Positions 1 through 14,051 of a stretch of DNA of 64,000 nt are shown here, piece after piece. This DNA comes from Octopus vulgaris (taxonomy: Eukaryota). The stretch is from the NCBI GenBank assembly GCA_951406725.2, contig OX597814.1, positions 210,304,001-210,368,000 on the forward strand, given 5' to 3'. Both the position numbers and the translations under genes were made by a program. Below the pieces are notes generated by a model. That model was not told the DNA's origin. It was given only the letters and a program-made list of their open reading frames with translations, and ran no database searches. The stretch's first letter is position 1. Each line of letters starts with the position of its first letter.

Positions 1-2
1 TT

Positions 3-104
3 CTTAACTCACAAGAACCATCGGGTTTGCTACCCCATAAACTCTGCCTCAAGGTTGGAAGTTCCATTATTCTCCTCCATCCACTGGACGGGAGCGCGTT
101 TTGC
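3..104 (+). pseudogene. Helitron Pif1-like helicase fragment
   Basis: Translates LNSQEPSGLLPHKLCLKVGSSIILLHPLD, matching the Helitron/Pif1 helicase motif FLNSLxPSGLPPHxLxLKVGxPIxLLRNL; cut off by a (TA)n tract and the window edge. Confidence 0.8.
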
Positions 105-106
105 TC

Positions 107-107
<1 letters not shown>

Positions 108-183
<76 letters not shown>

Positions 184-217
184 GTGTGTATGTGCGTGTG
201 TGTTTGTGTGTGTGTGT
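108..217. repeat. (TA)n(TG)n compound microsatellite
   Basis: Direct reading. Confidence 0.95.
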
Positions 218-289
218 AATGAATAGGTTCGTATGTACAGGGTCAACAAAAAGTGTACTCCATCTAACGAGAGTAAATATTGTTGTATT

Positions 290-1040
290 TTTTTAACAAA
301 TTTACTCAATTTGATATTGTAGATTTCTACCCCTCAATATCCAGAACACTACTAGACACAGCAATTGAATTTGCTTAATCGCATGTCATTATTGAGCCCA
401 TGGATTGAGAACTCGTTAGACACGCGATGAAAATATTACTATTCACTAAAGAGGCAGCTTGGATAAAAAAAGTCGAGTAGTAATGGACTATTCGATGTTT
501 GTATGGGAGCATACGATAGCGCAGTCATGCGATCTAGTGGGCTTATATATATTAGCTGCACTACATTATAATTACCCATCTCATGATGTGGGACTATACT
601 GAGATGACGGTTTGATTGTCTCCCACGGGTGTGGCGGTCGAGCAATAGATAAATTTAGAAAGCAGTTAATTTCTACTTTAGTCATTTGGGACTAAAAATA
701 TAACTACTAAAAATGTAACTACTAATCTTTCTGTAGTTGATTATTTAGATGTGTCATACGACCTACATTCTTCCTCTTACAAGCCGATTCATAAAATTAA
801 GGAAAAAGTAACATACATACATAAGTAGTCATGCCACCTAGGAACTTAATAGAGAATATTATCAACAGTGTGTCAACTCTTTCGTCCTCTTATGAATTTT
901 TTGATAAGGTCGTACCATATTATAATAAAGCTTTGGCAATTGGCGGATTTAGTAAAAAAATGATAGTCTAAGTATCAATAATGAAAAAACAAAGCGTAGG
1001 CATAGGTCTAGAAATATTATTTGGTTTGCTACATGTTTTG
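290..1040 (+). mobile_element. Decayed Penelope-like element reverse transcriptase (Naiad/Chlamys-like)
   Basis: FTQFDIVDFYPSIS (301), GLFDVCMGAYDSA / CDLVGLYIL (485-555), VGLY*DDGL (588-614), VVDYLDVSYDL, KRRHRSRNIIWF (~992-1027): PLE RT motifs in order, with stops and frameshifts. Confidence 0.8.
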
Positions 1041-1619
1041 GAATACGGATTATAAAGAAAATATAAACTTACTGGTCCTAACTTTTATGGTCATACAATA
1101 AGTGCTACTATATGCAGCAATTATAAATATATTATCATCAATGAAATATATATTCGAGCGATACAGTAATAAGTCTCGGTAAATTTTGCTAACAAACAAT
1201 TCAATGCTAAGAAAGATTATACACAGAAAACTGCAACGTTGCGTTTACTTTGAGATAAGATATCTTTGACATTTTCGCTTATTGTCTCCGTTATCTTCTA
1301 AGGAACAAGAATAAATTAATGCAGTAGCAAAGAACAATAAAAAGATAAGTGTTCTTTTACGGGAACAAGAAGAATAAACGTAATACGGCGATATCACTTA
1401 AAATTGAATGAAGTGGACAAATTTAAATGTCGCCAAATGTTAATTAATATTTAACAGAGGTTGAATCATGTGTGCACGTTTGTTTGCATTTTACAAGCTC
1501 TCATTCATATTGAAATGGAAACACATTAAAAAGACTGGATATCTTGATATTTCGTGTTCCAAGTCTAAAATTATATAATCTAAAGCTTCATATTTATGTT
1601 CCCCTCAAAAGTTGGCTCC

Positions 1620-1730
1620 TTTTATCTTTTACTGGTTTCAATCATTGAACTGCGGCTATGCTAATGCACTACCTTGAAAAGTTTAGTCCAAGAAACCCAC
1701 CCCGGTACTTAACACATTATACTTATTCTA
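1620..1730 (-). mobile_element. Old 3' fragment of CORE-type SINE family
   Basis: TTTTACTGGTTTCAATCATTGAACTGCGGCTATGCT resembles the tail of the copies at 31382 and 48924. Confidence 0.65.
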
Positions 1731-3289
1731 TATGTACAATGCCTGATATTTGAGGCAGGAGGTGTTCGAGGATCTTCCCAGGGACAAAGCGAGAAATGCA
1801 AGCGCCAGTCTCTGAAAGCATCTAGAGGCTAAGTGCGGCTTCTTTGGGTAAACTTATCGGCAAGTCAAAATTTATTTGATATTTTTTGAGCTATTAAAAT
1901 GCTTGTATTGGGGAATGGGATATTGTGTTTCCTTTTCCTTTTATGCAAACTGTCAACTCTGACCCGAACTGTTTATATATCTGTGGGTGTCTCTACTATC
2001 ACAGACATTGGATGAGTTAATTCAGCTTGTATCTTGTAGATTCTCAACAATCATTTCAAGATGAAATAAATTGTATTAATTAGGATACAATTACGACTAT
2101 GTTCTGAAGATGTAATATTTTTAATATTTTAATATAAATTTTATGTAGGCAACCTAGAATTTACTATGAAATATTCGCTCCTCCGTCAATTTTAGTCTCT
2201 CTGGTTAAACTGTCGCATGCTGTAAACATATTTTTCTATTGTGGCTATAAAAATATATGCATAAAAGCATATTTTTGATTATATAACGTAATAGTATGGC
2301 CATAACATTTATAATCTTGACTTTCTAACGCATTTATATATGCATATTTTTATATTATTTATGTTATCGTCTGATACGAAGTGATATCTGTTGCTTGAGT
2401 GCGGCATGAACAGTATGCATCTATGTCAGTTATAAAGAATACAGGAACATTGAATTAATTTGATCAAAGTTGTATCGAAATATCTACTGAAAGATCTATA
2501 TGTCTGCAATCTGCAAAATTGCTACGTTTTGTTTTTAGTGCTACGAACAAATCTGTGTAGTTAATAGTTAAACGCGATGTGAGTTATTGGAATATACAAC
2601 CACAATTCCTATTACGGAAAGGCCAATAGTGGTGGATTTGCAAATTTGTTAGATCGTGGAACAAATGCTTTGAGGCATTGCTTCCGCCCTTCAGAAACTG
2701 ATCTCAAACCTCGTCAAAGTCTGCTTTGTCAATCGTTATTCTGCTTGTTCGTTTAAAGATTCGAACGCTACGTTGTGAGATACATTTAAATAGAGTGTAA
2801 TTGGCTTATAAACATTTACACAAACCAAATACATTAATTATGCGACATCAAAAATGTTTACTGTCTTTGAGCTACTTATTTATTGTTGTTTAACTTCTGC
2901 GGAGCTGTTGCATATCAACAAATAAATTTTACGCTATTTCCATATATGCCTCAGACTAGCGATTTCAGTTCGTTTCGAGGGTGACTTGCGTATACAGTGC
3001 TGATGAACTGAAATACCAGCAAAGTACTGATATCCAAAGATTTCTCGTTCACATGCAGGGCGATTCACTTCAGCTGCTTTCGAGGGATTTAGTGTTTTTT
3101 AAAACACGACGTCTCACAGGAACTTTAGCCGGACGAAATTCTGCAGTTATTAATCGTTTATTCAAAACGCACTTATTAAGTATGAGATATTAATATCACT
3201 GTAACAAAATTTTGAATGCCTTTGATTAGTAAGCGTTATTTCCTAATTGCTTGTACCTAGAAATCATAAGAAATTACTACTATTCTCTC

Positions 3290-3592
3290 TGGAGGCACAT
3301 GGCCTAGTGGTGAGAGCAGCGGACTCGCAGTCGAGGGATCGCGGGTTCGGATCTCAGACCGGGCGATGTGTGTGTTTATGAGCGTAACACCTAAGCTCCA
3401 CACGGCTCGGGCAGAAGATAATGGCGAACTTCTGCTGACTCTTTCGCCACAACTTTCTCTCACTCTTTCCTCCTGCATATAGTAGCTCATCTGCGATGGA
3501 CAGGCGGCCCGTCCAGGTGGGGAACCTATACGCCAAGGAAACCGGGAAAACGGCCCTTATGAGCCAAGCATGGCTCGAGAAGGAACAAACAA
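3290..3592 (+). mobile_element. tRNA-derived SINE (head A + tail Y), full length
   Basis: Box A TGGCCTAGTGG, box B-like GGTTCGGATCT, body motif GATGGACAGGCGGCCCGTCCAG, (AAAC)n tail; 11-bp TSD ACTATTCTCTC at 3279-3289 and 3593-3603. Confidence 0.92.
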
Positions 3593-3669
3593 ACTATTCT
3601 CTCCAAAATTTGCTTTTGTGTCCTTGGCATAAACGCTTTGAAACTGACCTACTTTCCATTACATATCAA

Positions 3670-3840
3670 ACAGATTTAACAAATATTCTGCTCAATATCA
3701 CCGATTAGCTTGTCAACATGTTAACGACTTGAGCATGTTCCTTAGTGGCTGACAATATGGGCATCTTTGATCACGGGTAGGAGTAGTGGGGAAGCATCAT
3801 AGCCACGTGTTAGGACTGATACCTTGGGGTTTAAATAAAT
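3670..3840 (+). mobile_element. Diverged fragment of the ~540-bp TAA-associated element
   Basis: Reverse-complement similarity to ~17030-17190 (GAGCATGTTCCTTAGTGGCTGAC...GCATCATAGCC). Confidence 0.7.
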
Positions 3841-3967
3841 GGAGCCAAGCAAGTTTGAAAGAAATATTAACTATATTTCATACTTTCTAGCGATAGGCAA
3901 ATAGGAAAGAACAGTTGCCACTCATGGAAGAAATCGTGTTCATTGCATTATAAGAGCTGTTTAGACG

Positions 3968-4180
3968 CTGGTGAATTGACAAAATCATTAGCACTTTGAG
4001 CAGGATAATTAGTATTTCCTTAGTCTTTATTTTTCCGAGTTCAAATTCCTCCGAGTTTGGTTTCGCCTTCTATAACTTCCGGATCGATGAAGCAAGTACC
4101 AGTTGAGCAATGTGGTCAATGTAATTCACTTAGCTCTCTCCCGTGATTGCTGGTCTTGTTCCAAAATATAACAAGCAATA
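3968..4180 (+). mobile_element. Old Nin-domain-like SINE
   Basis: GAGTTCAAATTCC box B and diverged TTTCGCCTTC...GGATCGATGAAGCAAGTACCAG, similar to 15878-16108. Confidence 0.7.
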
Positions 4181-4637
4181 TTAGTGCTACCTACATTTCA
4201 AAATGTACTGAGGTTGCGCATCTTTTGTTCAGTGAATTAAATATCTGATTAATTCGAATAGAAAACAGAATTATAATAGTTACTATATAGATCTCTTGAC
4301 CTAGTCTTCATTAATAGACAAAATATAGTGCGATATTTTTTAAACCATTTTCACTGTATATAAATTCTACAATAGAAAAGGAAATATTCTAAAAACACCA
4401 TTCGAATTCTATATTCGGATGTTATGGTTTACAGCAACAGACTACAACCATAATGGAACTGTATGGAAATAATTTCAAAAGCAATTTTTTTATGCGTACA
4501 GAATTCAATATGTGTGTCTCAAGCATTTGAACTTTATACATAAAGTCCTTCACAGACATATTTATACTATGGGAAAACAATTTTCCCTCTATACACATAT
4601 ATAAAGATTAAATGCGAAGATATTATACAAAACAAAA

Positions 4638-4639
4638 CA

Positions 4640-4731
<92 letters not shown>

Positions 4732-4829
4732 CATATTTATATATTTAAACTTATATTTCCAAACATTCATACAAATATATATACGTGGATACATACATAT
4801 ATATATTCAAAACATTTTTATCCGGCTCC

Positions 4830-4864
<35 letters not shown>

Positions 4865-4905
4865 TGTATGTATGTATGTATGTATGTACGTATGTATGTA
4901 CGTAC

Positions 4906-4948
<43 letters not shown>

Positions 4949-5125
4949 TACATAATGATGTATACATATCTCTTTAGTGCATACACTACACAGACAAACA
5001 TAAGATGATGATTCATACGCTTCTATATGCTATTCAACAGATGTACACACTCTGGGCTACTGCCGCTAGATCTCTATATTTACACACCCACAGAAATGTA
5101 CATATACGCATATAATTATATATAT

Positions 5126-5222
<97 letters not shown>

Positions 5223-5451
5223 TATATGTATATGTACATATATATATATATTTATATATGAGTGTGTGTGTCTGTAGGTATATATATATATATATGTGTG
5301 TGTGTGATTATGTATGGGGGTGGCACTGAAATATACCGTAGGGTGTCAAATTAAATCAAATTAAAAACCCAATACATATGTAGATTAACAGATGAAAACC
5401 TGAGTCTTCAGAAGACATCAAATATTCCAATCCCCATTGCAGTAGGCTATT

Positions 5452-5485
<34 letters not shown>

Positions 5486-5490
5486 TGCAT

Positions 5491-5537
<47 letters not shown>

Positions 5538-5560
5538 TACACACATTCATGCATACATTA
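4638..5560. repeat. Microsatellite cluster (CA)n, (TATG)n, (TA)n
   Basis: Direct reading; source of the HTHT/IYIY pseudo-ORFs. Confidence 0.95.
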
Positions 5561-8459
5561 TTTACCTGCAGCATTAGCTGACTACAGCTAATGCCACAAA
5601 ATACCGAGGAGTATTGTAATAATGGAAAAATATGACGAATCTAAACACATATTTCTATGACGAAGGAAACATAAAAAAGCTCTATCATAAAATAACAACG
5701 GCAGCCACAAAATAATATGATAAATAATAAAAAGTTAAAAGGAAAAAAAATAGAAATCAATAGAATAGAAATGATGAAATATAGAACTAATGGTTGAATG
5801 AAGACTAAAACTGAAAGAAAAAAAAGTGTCAATGAATATAAAATCCTCTATCATTTTATTGGTAATTTTGATAATGGACAATGCGTGAATGCATGTGATT
5901 CTACAGCAGAAGATAAAAGAAAAAAAAAGTATAGAACGGATGAGAGAAATAACATATATTTTTTTCAGACCAGCAATTTATTGTACTAGCGGCCTAAACA
6001 ATTTAATAGAGAATATCTGCGACCCATTTTCATGTTAAATTATGATATTGAATTGGCAGATATGGCTGTCAGATTTTTTTTAGATCGCTTGCAATGGGCA
6101 GAGGTCGGAAAAAGAAATAAATTTAAAATGAACATTAACTGCCAATGTATAGATATGGAAACGAAAACAAAAGAAAAAGGAAAATATCACTATATTTTAA
6201 TTAGACTAATAGGAGACTTAATCGCTATTCAAAATAAGGTGTACATCTAATAAAATCTTTAATTCTAGAACTAGTAGTATTTTCTCATGGTGTTCAGTTT
6301 ACAACTGTCATAGACTTAAATAAAATAAAACATGATACAAATAAAGGAAAAGAAGCCAAAGCAATAAATAACTGTCAGGTCATCAGGAATGCTGAAAAAA
6401 TTGAGGCATGGGAAAATAATGATAAATGTTTAATTGTCTCATTCACAAGAAGCTATGCGAAATTATACTCTGTACAATTATATAACTATTAATTTCAATA
6501 CATACTCCATACCAGACTTTTAATAATATATAATTTTTCCTCTAGAAAACAGGCAATATTTTAAAATAGGAATTTAAAAAATGTTCCTGAAAATTACTGC
6601 AAATCATATTGAAAATGTGTGGAATTTCTGTATTTACACACACATATGTGTGTGTGAGTGTGTGTGTGCGTAAATCAGAAAGACAGAGAGAGACTGTGTG
6701 TAAGCATGCGTGAGTCTGTGTGTGTCTACGTGTGTCATTTCGGAGACGATTTTGTTTTTATCCTTGAGCAGTATTTTGAATAATAATCTCGACAACATCG
6801 TTTTCCACGCAAATTGGTGACAAAAACAATGGACAAATCAAATTGGTGTATATTTGCTTAGTCGAATTTTCTACAAAATAACTCATTATAGGTCAATCTA
6901 TATACATAATTCAGTTGCACTATAAAATGTGATAAAATATTTCTTTAGTACAACAATTCTTGTGCCTGATTCGTACGAAATAAAGGGCATTTGGTAAGAA
7001 AACGTGTGCCTTATGATACAAATTATAATAGTTATCTAGAAATTTTTAACATACTTTTCGGTAAGATTTGTAAATTACCTTTCTATCCGTCTATCTATCG
7101 CCATCTTCCTCTCTACTACACACGCAGCCCACTTATATAACACACATACATGCACACACAAAAACAACACACACAAACACACACTAATACATACATACAT
7201 ACATACACACGCACAAGCACACAAAAGCACATGCACGTACACGCACACATACACACGCACAACACACACATCTATATATATTTGTATCTTTCAACGTATG
7301 ACAGGAAATCAGTAATTATTCATTTCGGGTTTAAATTCACTTTTGATTACTAATTGGCACAATTAGCAAACGAAACCAAACTATTACTAAGTTCACTTCT
7401 CGCATTTCATTGTCTTGTATGCATTTTTTGAAACTGATTCTCAGTATATACATTCACATATCATGTTTATGCAGTTGAATTCCAAGTTTTGAATAAATTT
7501 CCAATTGATTATAACCGTCTTTTGTGCATTATGCTGCACAAAACTATAGTAATTAGCAGTGTGGTTTTCACTTTTCAATTTCGGCTATGCGAAACTATTC
7601 GGCCTTGCTTCAGTTTCAGGTTTCGGCATCCAGTCATTTAGCTCTGTTTTGTCATAAAAGTTGTTGTAGTTATACAATTTTCAATTGTCCAGGGCATCAA
7701 CGTATTCATTATTCCTACAGGTTAGATTGCTGTAAGTGGTGGATTGGTCAAGGCCAGTCATTTCCCAATATTAATTGCTTGACCAAAATAATTTTGGTAA
7801 TATTTGCCACTCTGTGACGTGTGAGAAACTCAGCTTTGACTGTGAATTCTGACCTTAACACCGAATAGGCACCCCGTAAAAAGTGATAATCACAGAAAGT
7901 AGAAAGCAGTGGCAAATCCTTGCAGGTATTTGCCAGAGTCTACATAACAGTAATGACTTCAGTAATCAAATTACGAAATAAATGATAGAATATTACTGAA
8001 CACGCATTACTGTAGTATTCACACATTTTTATCGCACCAGTTGTAAACTTTTACAAGCTATTAATTACTTACTTAGGTATTTAAAGTACTGAGACAAATA
8101 TTGAGGATTTGATACCATGGCTGCACATTTGCAAAGAAGTAATGTAAAATGGGATAGGGAAAATGTGTGAAAAACGGAGGAAACTTTTAGTGTTAAAAGT
8201 GTGAATATTACCGAGAAGTAGTGTATATCTGGACCATGATGGAGTTAGTAGAGTGAAAGAGTAGTCTAATCAAATGTTGTGCTGAGACCTAGCTTCGGTG
8301 AACTACGATGTATTTATAAACACATAGATGCACAAACACAAACACACAGTCACAAACGCTACACAGACACATAGACACACGCACAATACTCACACACACA
8401 TACACACACATATTGATATAAACAAACGCTTCTATACACAATGAATTATAACAGATCAG

Positions 8460-9060
8460 AAACAAACAAGCAATTAGGATAAATGTGATGAAGTTAAAGA
8501 TCAACAAAACTCAGTTTGACAGCAAATATAGGATCTGTAGGAAAGGAGGTGAAAGTATTAGTCAGAACTTGAGTTCAGTAGCTGGCACAAAAGAGTATAA
8601 GCGCAGGCATGATTGTGTAAAAGAGTACATTGGAATGATAGCCGAGTATGTGGCTTCAAATGATAAGAAATTGTGTTTGACAAAGAGAATTACAGGATCG
8701 TATTGATAATTCCCCATAAGGATTAACCATATTATTGAAGCAAGAAGACACGATATCATTATAGAGGACAATGCAAACAGTCAGTGCAAGAACATATGGC
8801 TTGCAATTACCTATAATAACAGTGTCGATACCACAAAAATTGAAAAGAAAATCGCCAAAGCTGAGAAATTCATCAGGATCTAAATAGAGAATAGATTGCG
8901 GACGACAAAGAAAACAATTATTCCAGTGGTAATTGGGGTACTTGGCACAACGGCAAGAGTTCTTGAAGCATGACTAATAAAGAAATAGCAACTTAGTCTG
9001 CTGTGGACAGCTGACACTTTCCATCATACCCAGCAAAATAAGCTTTGAATTTTCTTTGAA
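8460..9060 (+). mobile_element. Decayed R4/Dong-type non-LTR retrotransposon 3' end (CCHC finger + restriction-like endonuclease)
   Basis: KYRICRKGGESISQ ... LAQKEYKRRHDCV, NHIIEARRHDIIIED, IIPVVIGVLGT across frameshifts; followed by a (TAA)-rich tail at ~9060. Confidence 0.75.
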
Positions 9061-10237
9061 ATAATAATAGTAATATTAACTACAACAACAATATTAATAA
9101 TAATATTACTAAAAAGCAATAAAATCTACAGCAACATCGAAACTGTTGCTGCTACAAACATACACCAGCAACTTCAGTGCCGGAGACAGATGCAGTTGAT
9201 GACTTCGATGAATACCTTCCCAAAATCAGAATACAAGTAGACCTCATATACAATATTACCAATAATTCAAAGAAATTCTGTGAGTGTTTACCAGGTTGAG
9301 CTGAATACTTTCCCCCAAAGAAATGAGGATGTCACAAAGATATTTTAAAACCATCGCTTGCCTATGATCAATATAGATTTTAACCTCCTCCTGACCACTG
9401 AAATGTCTACAGCTTCCTCGACAAAAATTACCTTATCAGTAGAACAGAAGATTTTAAAATACATCTGCATGGCTCAATTACCTATGAATAAAGTTAAATT
9501 AAAACGTGTCAGACTCTTTGATGTAATGACAGCAGATTTGGATGAATTATGAGATGTGATTTGCCAATCGGGCACCATCGTAATGCGGGATAAAGTAAGG
9601 TAGGACGAAATCCCCATAAGTGACTTATATTGATATGAAGAATTTATGAAATGGAAATTGATTGAGCCATAGATGTCTAGAACACTACATAATTAGCAAA
9701 CGTGGAGTTGAATGTTAGGGCAAATAGATATGGTATGTATTAGTTGTGGTTTTGTGTCCTCACAGTAGACGTCAATATTCTTTATCAAAATTTATAATTA
9801 AACCAACTTTGCTGCGACTATTTATTAAAATTCCTTATTCTCTTTCCAATACTGACTAATATCATATAAATTCTTTTGGTTTTAATGGTAATTAGTTTCT
9901 TTGTATGACATAGTTATAGTATTTGTAAAGACATGCAAAATGAAATTGTGCACATAATGCAACAATCTAAATTTCTCTCTGGCATTAATCTAATACACCG
10001 CACGTGTCGTAGCCGTGAATAAGAGGATTTCTGACATGACTTGTTCGGAGATCAATTTCGGTTGTTCTACTGTATAACAGCCATTGTTCTTACATTGTTT
10101 TATAGCAATTCTGTACACACAAGTCGAATAATAAAAGCCTTCCTGTCGTGAATCTCACATCTTATTTTATGTATTAGAAGTTACATTTGTCATTGATTCA
10201 TTCCCTTTATTTTGAGGCTGGAGTGTGTACAAATAGT

Positions 10238-10310
10238 TATATATATATATGTATATGTATGTGTATATGTATATATTTATATATATATGTATGTATAAAT
10301 ATGTATGTAA

Positions 10311-10380
<70 letters not shown>

Positions 10381-10433
10381 TGCGCGTGAGTGTATGTCCA
10401 TATGTCTGGAATATATGTCTATGTCTATGTATA

Positions 10434-10515
<82 letters not shown>

Positions 10516-10580
10516 CATGTATGCATGTGTATATGTATTTGTGTGTGTATATGGATGTGCGTATTTTTGTGTGTCTGTAT
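10238..10580. repeat. (TA)n/(TATG)n microsatellite block
   Basis: Direct reading. Confidence 0.95.
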
Positions 10581-11284
10581 GTCTCCGGCTGATGTTATCG
10601 CCTAAATAATTGTCGGACAGAAACAGCCTAAAAAGTTTAAGAAACTTCAAATCTGTTCATGGATATAGGCTTCTGGTATAACACTGAGTGAATTATATAA
10701 TGTTTGCTAGAGATTCAATAAAAGATATATTTTATAAGATAGGCATCTCCTAACTAATAGATATTTTACTTATCAAAAGTATACTAAATCGTTTTCACAA
10801 AAATGTGTCAAATTCCTCAAAACGATTTTGGATTTATATCAGAAATAACTAAATCAGATAACAAAAGAATTTTTATTTTTTTATTCTAAATTTGATTCGA
10901 AGCTAGATTTAAATTCTATTATTCTATTAATCGATTGATGAAAGTGAAGTTGAGCATGACAAAAAGATAGCATTGATGTTATGTTGAAAAATTTCTGGCT
11001 TTAAACGTCAGATTAAGTTTCCACGTAATTCACTGTATAAGATCTAAAAAGTAATGTCCCCAGTTTTAAATTGACTTCCGTTCCACAGAACCTAGACATC
11101 TTGTAGATAAATATTGTTCTTAATGACTGTCTACTGATAAAAGAAAGAAATATACATATATTTATATATGACTTTTGCGGAATATACTGGATTTAATGCG
11201 CATAAGATGTTAGTTCCTATTACGATCGCACGTTTTCATCACTAAGAACTATCAACACTTCTATCAATATTTAAGTTTATCGAT

Positions 11285-11823
11285 ATAGATTTTCTGTGAA
11301 ATGATAAGCCAGCACTGAAAGTTACAACGTTTTGTTTATGAATACCTTTACGTAAACAATGCAACTGAAGATGGAAAAATAGTTAACGGGTGTAGATGCA
11401 TGTTTTAAGAGTTCTTGGTCTTTTATCAGCATCGCATCAACTGTCTACCACATCAACTATCCATGAAACATAGCTTGAATACCCACAAAGTTTAGCGGTG
11501 TAACACTATTGGACAAACCAATTTATGCATTAAATATTTTCCTGGGAGCAGGTACGTAAATATTAATTACTACGAAGGACACGGTATATCGTTTTGCAAC
11601 TGTAAACTACTACAAAGAATGTAAACAAGTTTAAAAGTTATTATTCTACCTCATTTTCTGTTAGCAGTGCGATGTTTTCGTTTTAAGTATATCTCTACAG
11701 ATTTTCTATAGACTTCAAAGCCAGCACTGAAAGTTGTGACCTTTTGTATAGGAATATGCTTATGTAAACAATTCAATCGAAGTTAGAAAATATTGGTAAC
11801 GCGCGTATATGAATATTTCAAGA
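11285..11823. repeat. Old imperfect direct duplication (~125 bp, ~412-bp spacing)
   Basis: AGCCAGCACTGAAAGTT...GTAAACAAT...GAAG...TAACG at ~11307 and ~11719. Confidence 0.75.
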
Positions 11824-13134
11824 ATGATTAAAAACCAGGAAATTGCTATAGTCCTAAACAATAAACCAGCAAATCATTTTCTAGACAGATGAAACATAAG
11901 TGCTCTGAAGAAAAGAGGTAGTTTCCAAGAAATTATTGATTAGTTTTCAACTCTCTTCTAACTGGACCAGTGGATCGGAGAGAAAATGCAATTACATATG
12001 CGATTATAACATGAATATGTGTTGCATGGCCAAACGGACCAATGTTATCCCAATAGAAGTGTCTTTATACCATAGTAAGCGTTTGACAGCATTTCCTATC
12101 TGATGTTTTTTTTTTTTTATTTGGTGACCAAAGTCCATTCTATAAATCCGGACTAGCTCTTTGTGTATGAAACATTGACTTGAGCAGAACCATAGATTTA
12201 ATAAGATGAAATTTTCTGAAAAATCAAACATTTTAAAATAAAGTAAACTCGAAAATAAATACACCATTGTGTATTTTGCATCATAATCAGTGACAGCCAT
12301 CTTTGATTTCCATATTTCTGTGCGTTTTAAAATACCAAACATTAATGAAAGAATCAATCATCAAAGAGAACATCTCATTTTTGTCGCCTCGATATAGTAT
12401 ACTCAGCAATGAATTATATTATTCATTGGCTTTGATTCAGTTCGTTAGGTTTCTTCAGTAAAATATTGACATAAAGCTTTATTTTTGAATAACAGTTTCG
12501 ATTAAATAAACAGCATTTATCTTCGTTAAGCTAAGAAATTCCAGTAAATGAAACTAAAACAAGGCTTTATATATAGATGTAATTTATTCGACTAAGGAGT
12601 GAGGATAAAAGAAAATATATATTCGTTTATTACTTAGAAATTTCGCATTTTGGAGAGATGTGTGTTAAATAATCCGCTAGTATATCACTGATCGTACGCT
12701 AAAGGAGAACAAATTCTTCTCAGTGGTTTTAGCTGAGATATTACATATTCACGAAGAAATATTGAACTAAATAACCTGATTTACTTAAAGGGAGACAAAT
12801 ATAACGTTCACGTTTCTCCCAAGCTGATTAGTTATATAACGGATTTAAAATCGAATAAACAGAAGCTGGTTTGGGAGATCAGAACTTAACTGAGTACTGT
12901 GAGCCTAAATTAATTTAAAATTCATTTCTAACTTATGCAATTTTGAATGGATATTCAGAAAATTTAAGACGAGTAAAGATATTGTACTCGAATTAGAGAG
13001 AAAATGCCTGACCTGCTTCGAATTGTTAACGAATTCAGTGCATTAGCTGTGGAGGCGACAACGGTGTGAACGATATGCGCAAAAAGTGTAAAGTATAGAA
13101 AGAATCTACCGACTATTGCTTTCACATATTAGCT

Positions 13135-13343
13135 TAAGCCACATACCAGCGAATTCGAGAAGGGCACAAATCGATGTCATCAACCTCAGTATTTCAGAGG
13201 TACGTATTTTATTAACCCCCGTAATGATGAAAGACGAAGGCAAAGTCAACTTTAGTGGAATTTGAGCACAGAATATAAAGACGGACGAAATGCTGCTAAG
13301 CATTTTGCCTAAAACACTAACGATTCTGCCAGCTCGCCGCCTT
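13135..13343 (-). mobile_element. Nin-domain-like SINE
   Basis: Minus strand reads GGCGGCGAGCTGGCAGAATCGTTAG...CTCAAATTCC...GTTGACTTTGCCTTCGTC. Confidence 0.8.
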
Positions 13344-13627
13344 AAAAGATTTTATTGGCTGTTGATTGTAAATTTGCCCGTGTATCGAACGTTCCATCTA
13401 TAACATGATTGTATATTTATTAATATACAGAAAAGTATTTAAAATTATTAACACAATTGATTGCATAATTGTAACGGTTTAAAGTCAATGTTCTACTTCA
13501 GAAGAATCCTTTTAATACACATACACTGAAACGAAAGAGAAATTCCAGAGACATAACTCCTGTTTCATTACACATTTTAAAGGCAAAAATATGTTTAAAT
13601 TGTTTATATAAAAATGTTATCAATATA

Positions 13628-14051
13628 GGCGCAGGAGTGGCTGTGTGGTAAGTAGCTTGTTTACCAACCACATGGTTCCGGGTTCAATCCCACTGCGTGG
13701 CACCTTGGGCAAGTGTCTTCTACTATAGCCTCGGGCCAACCAAAGCCTTGTGAGTGGATTTGGTAGACGGAAACTGAAAGAAGCCCGTCGTATATATGTA
13801 TATATATATGCGCGTGTGTGTTTGTGTGTCTGTGTTTGTCCCCCTAGCATTGCTTGACAACCAATGCTGGTGTGTTTATGTCCCCGTTACTTAGCGGTTC
13901 GGCAAAAGAGACCGATAGCATAAGTACTGGGCTTACAAAAAGAATAAGTCCCGGGGTCGAGTTGCTCGATTTAAAAAAAAAAAAGGCGGTGCTCCAGCAT
14001 GGCCGCAGTCAAATGACTGAAACAAGTAAAAGAGTAAAAGAGTAAGAGAGT
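13628..14051 (+). mobile_element. CORE-type tRNA SINE, full length
   Basis: GGCGCAGGAGTGGCTGTGTGG head, GGTTCAATCCC box B, CORE-like ACCTTGGGCAAGT, internal TA/TG tract, (GAGTAAAA)n tail; near-identical copies elsewhere in the window. Confidence 0.93.

Noticed and set aside
600-602. In-frame TGA in the PLE RT as selenocysteine (some Naiad PLEs encode selenoproteins)
   Set aside because: It replaces the Arg of YRDD, consistent with point decay (CGA/AGA to TGA) in a copy with other stops and frameshifts.
2994-3032. CTGATGAACTGAAATACCAGCAAAGTACTG hammerhead-like string
   Set aside because: CAAA instead of GAAA and only a 3-bp stem II; compatible with chance.
4567-5574. Many 60-180 aa ORFs of IYIY/HTHT/CVCV type here and throughout the window
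   Set aside because: Translations of dinucleotide and tetranucleotide microsatellites that lack stop codons; not genes.
13620-14045. Recurrent ORFs such as RLPNPLTRLW.ARGYSRRHLPKVPRSG (also 31560, 49104, 56090)
   Set aside because: Antisense or chance frames of the same SINE; recurrence reflects repeat copy number.
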